From Moniliella sp. 'wahieum' (Eukaryota): a stretch of DNA of 64,000 nt. The position numbers and the translations under genes were made by a program. Positions 59,321-64,000 of the stretch are shown in pieces. The first letter of the stretch is position 1. The number at the start of each line of letters is the position of its first letter. The stretch covers positions 62,001 to 126,000 of the forward strand of contig RSEE01000024.1 in assembly GCA_003971905.1 (NCBI GenBank). The letters are read 5' to 3'. The notes beneath the pieces were generated by a model, which did no database searches, was not told where the DNA came from, and was given only the letters and a program-made list of their open reading frames with translations.

Positions 59321-62300
59321 TTATTGCGTCCTCCGCGACTCACTCCACCCCAGCCGGTCCAGCTCCACCAGCACCGCCTGGGCCGTCTGGGCGACCTGCG
59401 CCTCCATCTCCCGCACCAGCGCCTCCTGCCCCTGCGCCACTGCGCCCACCCGCGCCCGCCGGTTCGCCGCCCGCTGCGCCGCCCCGCGTGCCCCGGCGCG
59501 CGACAACAGCGTGCGTGCCGCGCGCGGTCCGCGCCCGCAGCAGGCAAACTCAGTGCATAGCTCGCTAGTGAGCCTAGCGTCACGCCCGCGCGCAGAGCCA
59601 GTGCCGCACGCGCATGGTCCGGCCCCACCGGGTCCGAGGCCAGGTCTTCCTCCTCCAGCGCTTGCTCTTCGGCCTCGTCTCCGTCCTCGCCCTCGCCCTC
59701 GCCATCAAGGAAGGTGGTTGGGTCGACGTGGTCCGGGATCTCAATAATGCTTGCCCCTTCCGACGAGGCTGGCGCGCGGCCGCGTCCCGGTCCCGGTCCC
59801 GCCGGGCGCGCACTAGGTCGAGCGAGACAGTGGACGAGCAGCCGCAGTGTCTTGGCGGGTAAGCTGAGCGCTGCGCTGGCCACCGTGCCCAACTGGACCG
59901 TCGAAGCTAGCAGCGCACTGGCCGCCAAGCGAGTAGGCAGCCCAGTTTCGCCGCCTCCAGCCTCGATTTGGCCCTGGGGCGCGCAGAGCGCAACGAGCAT
60001 GTGCACCCACTGCTTGGTCAGTCCTGTCGGTGCGGGCGGGGCCGTGTGGGCCTCGGACGCGGCCAGAGCCTGCTTCAGCACCGCTTCCCCACCACCGAGA
60101 AAGATAAGCGTCTCCTGGTCCTCGGTCAGATTCACCAGCATCTCCACATACGCCCGGCGCACCTGCGGGGAATCTTCCGTAAGGACGCGGGAAAGTAATA
60201 CCTGACGCACCCGCTGGCGCTGGCTTGGACTTGGTTCCGCTTGGCCTTGGGCTTGGGCTTGGGCTTGGGGCACAGGGCCAGCAGGCGCACGGGCCACACG
60301 AGACGCCCACTCGGGACCCAAGGAGGCAAAGTTGGTCAGGGCCAAAGTGGCTTCGAATCGGTCCAGTTGCTCGGATCCCGGGGTGACAGCGGGGCCAGGT
60401 GTGGCGAGCGGGGAAGGCGTCTGTCCACCTTGCTCCTCCTCCAAGTCGCCGCGCCACAATGCAATGCATACGGCGCAGGCATCCGCTCGCCGCTCGTTCG
60501 ACCACAGCACGCCCGGGTCCGAGGTAATGCTGAAACGGGTCACGGCACGAGCAGCGGCGATCCAGGCACCGCGAGCGGGCGCAGCGGAAGCGGTCGCCGT
60601 CGGGGTGGAACTGGCCTGGGCCGTGGCGCCAGAAGGAGAGGGCAACAAGGAAGCAGCCAAGGCCAACGATGCGCGCGGTACGCCTTGGCCCACCAACTTG
60701 ACCCGCAACGGCTTGACGTTCGGTCGCGTCAGGGCATCGACGACGGTAGCCAGGACGGAGCGAACACCAAGCGACGCTTGCAGCGTAGGTGATCCGGCGG
60801 GGAAGGTGAGCGCAACGACGAGCTGTGTGGCACCTAAGGAGGTCAAGGTGGTGACTCGCTCCTGCGCTTTGGCCACCCTGCTGGCCCGGTCCAGGGAGGC
60901 GTCGTGGTCCGCCGCGCGGCAGGCGCGTTGCCCGACCCCGCGAGCTTGCGCAGCCGCTCCACTTGCTTCTCCTCATCCGATCCCGCGGGCGCAGGGAAGG
61001 ACGGCAAGGCAGCCACGATGGAGGCAAGCAGAAAATGAACCGCGCGGTCGGCTTGCAACGCACGTCGCGTTTCTTGCGCCGAGCCAAACCCGGGAAGATG
61101 GACGAGGGGAGCGGGAGGATCCGAGCCGGAGCCGATCTGAGATTTGGATCCCACCACCAGCTGGGAGAGAAGGTGAAGAAAGAGGGGCAATGGCGCCTTG
61201 GGCTGCTGCACCAAGCGGTCCTTGACACCAACGGGGGCATCAGCCAGTTCGGTCGCCAAGAGCTCCAAGAGGATTGGTAAGGGGCTCACCCACACATCCT
61301 CCTGGCCCTGCAGGATAGCCGACTTGGCTGCCAGGCCACCACGCATGTACCGTTCGGCCCAGTCCCATGCGTCGGTGGAGTGGGAACGGAGCAAGGTGCG
61401 AAGTTGGTCTGATGGACGAGCTTGTTGCTGCTCGGAAGGGAGAGGGACCTTGGGGCCTTCGGAGGCCTGGGCCAGGGTAATGAGCAGGCGCAGGGCACGT
61501 GCGCGCACAAGCAGCGCCAGCAAAGCAGGGGCGTGGGCGGGCGGACGCTGCTCCGGGGGAAAGGGCAAGCCAGCTGCGAGGCTGGAGCGAACCAAGGCCA
61601 TACTGGCCCTGCCTGCTCAATGCCTGGTGCACCGCCGTCTGCAACCCAGGAGCGTGAAGAGCCAGACCCACAAGCGGAGGAAGCGGCACGGATTTGGAAG
61701 ACTCGCCCTCGGTCTCGGCTGTGCCTGCGCCGGACGAGGAGGCCTGAGAGGGAGAGGCGAGCAAGGCAGCGATAAGGGCGAGTGCGTCGGCTTGGGCCTC
61801 AACATCAGTGGCGGCAGCATCGGCGCTGGCCTCCGCATCGGCCGGGGCCTGGTCCGACTCGGACACAGACATGTGCCCCATTTGGCGAGACAGTGCATCG
61901 TCGTGGGACAAGATAGCCAAAGCCGTGGCAGGTGCGAGGGAGGCCAAAAGCGAGCCCAAGCGGGCTAGGGCCGCGGCATGGTGGGAGGGCGAGAGCGAAG
62001 CCAATGCGGCTCGCAGGGCGTGTTGGCCGGGCGCAGCATCAGCGCCGGCTGACACGCGTGCGGCCCAGAGGGCGAGAGCGGCGATGCCTTTGCGGGCGGC
62101 GTCTGGGGGGGCGGCGGGCAAACAGGCGGCGACGACGGCGGGAGCGTCAAGCTCGGTGCGATGGGCGGGGGCCGGGGTGAGGGTGGCGGCGGAGGCGGCA
62201 GAGGCAGCGGTGACGGCGGTGGCGGTGGAGGCGGCGGACACGTCGGAGCTTGCCGAGGCACGGCGGGGGCGCGCAAACGCACCGGCCAGCCCAGCCAGGC

Positions 62301-62346
62301 CCGAGGCGCCGGGCGACGGCGCAGGAGGGGGCGCGCGGGGCGGCAT
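59321..62346 (-). CDS. SHE4: UCS-domain myosin chaperone (She4/CRO1/UNC-45 family)
   Basis: Ala/Leu-rich ARM-like protein with LDRFEATLALTNFASL and VRRAYVEMLVNL, typical of the UCS domain. Frameshifted; ends approximate. Confidence 0.8.
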
Positions 62347-62524
62347 GGCTGGCGGAGCGATGGTGGGCAGAGCGGGCGGCGTGCGGATGGGTTACGGTAA
62401 CCGGCGTCCCGAAGCGACTCGAACATTCATTAACACATCGGTTGCTCCCGACGAGGACATGGACACCCCCATGGGGTTGCATGTGTCTGGATCAGATTGC
62501 CTGGGCAGCGCTGGCGTCGCATCT

Positions 62525-62619
62525 GGCAACGTGCCCGAGTGGTTAAGGGGATTGATTCGAACATTGTCTGGACGATCAATTAGGCTTTGCCTGCACAGGT
62601 TCGAGTCCTGTCGTTGTCG
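62525..62619 (+). tRNA. tRNA-Ser (anticodon CGA) with a 13-nt intron
   Basis: Acceptor stem GGCAACG/CGTTGTC, D-loop AGTGGTTAA, and anticodon arm ATTGA-TT-CGA-A[intron 62562-62574]A-TCAAT. Long variable arm AGGC-TTT-GCCT, T-arm ACAGG-TTCGAGT-CCTGT and discriminator G. Confidence 0.97.
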
Positions 62620-62620
62620 A

Positions 62621-62638
62621 TTTTGGGGCTCACTTTTT
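62621..62638 (+). terminator. RNA polymerase III oligo-T terminator(s)
   Basis: TTTT immediately after the tRNA and TTTTT about 14 nt downstream. Confidence 0.65.
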
Positions 62639-62847
62639 GGATACGAATTGCGGCGGGATGGACGCTCTGCTCTGCTCTGGCCTGCCCTGCCTGCCCACTC
62701 GGCCCGTCCAGCGCCGAAGCAACCCACTACACACGCCCTCTGCCACCGCCTCACGCCCGGTCGGAGGGGCCGCATGGGTCCCACACCCACCTATTGCGAT
62801 TCAGATTTGGATTCATATTCGGGAGCAGCATCCCGCGCCCAGCCCGC

Positions 62848-64000
62848 TTAGCGCGCCCACACATCCAGCCACGCCGCCAGCGCAGCTTCGGTCGTCACCG
62901 CCGAGTAGGCCAGCACGGCATAGGGCACCGTGTACGTCCCGAGCACATGCCACTCCCACAAGCGAGCCTGCACCGCCGCGTGCAGCGTGTGCGCAAGCGC
63001 CGCGAGCGTCGGCTGCCACGCCGCCACGCGCGCCGCCCACGGCGCAAGCAAGGGATGGGAAGCCGTCGCGATGCACTGCGGTACACGGGTCAGGGCTGCG
63101 TCGAGGGCCAGGAGGGCCTGCGGTGCACCGAGCAACGTCCATCCCGCTGCGCGCAGCAGCGCATAGCCGCGACAGAGGCGCTGGTGCGGAGCCCGACGGA
63201 GCACGAGCAGAGGCGCGCCGAGCACCAGGCCACTGAGCAGGGCAAGCGGGAAGTTGAGCACACTGGTAGCGGCTACCATCATGCCGGCGTGCAAGAGGGC
63301 GAGGGTATGCATCAGTGCGCCTGTTTGGCTGTCCCGTCGTCGGGCGAGGGCGAGAAGGAGCGCAAGCACGGGCGGCGCGGCAGCCAGCACTGCTGCCGCA
63401 GCCTGGACCGAAGGCGAGTCGAGGCACGAAGCTGCCACGTCGGCCCGGCGCAGTTGGAGGAGCGCGACGTAGGCCACAGCGTGGGCAGCGGCGATGAGCA
63501 GGGCAACGGTGCCCATGGGTCGTTGGGCCGCTAGCAGCTTACTGCGCGTCCGCGCGATCGCCCGTTGCACTGGACCAACCGTTTCCCCGCTCACAGTGGG
63601 AGGACAAAGCGACGTGGCGAGGAAGTAGAGGTCGCGCGTGTAGAGGTCCGGGGTGGGCATGTCCGATCGCACATCCACCGCCGTCTGCGGCGCAGTTCCG
63701 CCCAGCTCTTTGAATATGAACTGAGCGCAGCGGACAAAGTCTTTCTGTTGCTGTTCACTGAGAAGCGCGGTGAGTTGGGTCCAGGAGCGCAGACCGAGAA
63801 TGGACAGGCCAATGGCGAGCAACAGCGCAGAAGGGAGGTAGACGCCAAACGGGACAAAACGGTAGCCCGACAACAACAGGTAGAAGAATTGAGAGTGGTG
63901 CAGTCGCTCCAGGAGATTGTTGTAGGACCGCAAGCTGCCTTCGACGATCCGGCCCATGTGGAAGAATCCGAATGGGCCGATGGCCGGGACGGCGCGCACG
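62848..64000 (-). CDS. GAA1: GPI transamidase component Gaa1, 3' part; runs off the right edge
   Basis: GRIVEGSLRSYNNLLERLHHSQFFYLL...FVPFGVYLPSA signature followed by multiple TM helices, including SVLNFPLA. Confidence 0.9.
   Translation of the reverse strand, partial: VRAVPAIGPFGFFHMGRIVEGSLRSYNNLLERLHHSQFFYLLLSGYRFVPFGVYLPSALLLAIGLSILGLRSWTQLTALLSEQQQKDFVRCAQFIFKELGGTAPQTAVDVRSDMPTPDLYTRDLYFLATSLCPPTVSGETVGPVQRAIARTRSKLLAAQRPMGTVALLIAAAHAVAYVALLQLRRADVAASCLDSPSVQAAAAVLAAAPPVLALLLALARRRDSQTGALMHTLALLHAGMMVAATSVLNFPLALLSGLVLGAPLLVLRRAPHQRLCRGYALLRAAGWTLLGAPQALLALDAALTRVPQCIATASHPLLAPWAARVAAWQPTLAALAHTLHAAVQARLWEWHVLGTYTVPYAVLAYSAVTTEAALAAWLDVWAR

Noticed and set aside
62525..62619. Possible selenocysteine or codon-reassigning tRNA (long variable arm, odd anticodon loop)
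   Set aside because: Removing a standard intron after position 37 gives an ordinary tRNA-Ser(CGA) with a 7-bp acceptor stem.

Overview
This is a gene-dense, GC-rich fungal chromosome segment. It has few, short GT-AG introns with CTRAY branch points, and the proteins look basidiomycete, most like Ustilaginomycotina (inferred from sequence character only). Single-base indels break almost every gene, including RPL20 and PRI2, so the assembly looks like unpolished long-read sequence; frameshifts alone are not evidence of pseudogenes and many gene ends are approximate. The left flank carries a B-type cyclin (3' part), RPL20, PRI2, bleomycin hydrolase, an ankyrin-asparaginase and a multi-pass membrane protein. 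The right flank carries TSC10, an acid-sphingomyelinase-like gene, an S53 peptidase, MRPL35, an Sfk1/DRAM protein, a PHD-MYST acetyltransferase, UFD4, BUB1, a UCS/She4 chaperone, an intron-containing tRNA-Ser(CGA) and GAA1 (3' part). The main signal is a rearranged region of about 17 kb (about 12.2-29.1 kb) around a verprolin gene, with four copies of a MARF1/Limkain-type NYN ribonuclease gene. Two long copies carry four LOTUS-like repeats, and one of them has an Asp-to-Lys change in the catalytic SGDxD motif. A third copy is short with a spliced basic tail, and a fourth is a fragment cut by a solo LTR. The three copies that keep their 5' end start with a conserved hydrophobic signal-anchor. 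The region also holds inverted promoter duplications, a near-identical conversion-like tract and a roughly 300 bp (CCT)n expansion. It is a candidate rapidly evolving, membrane-anchored RNase (RNA-defence-like) locus.
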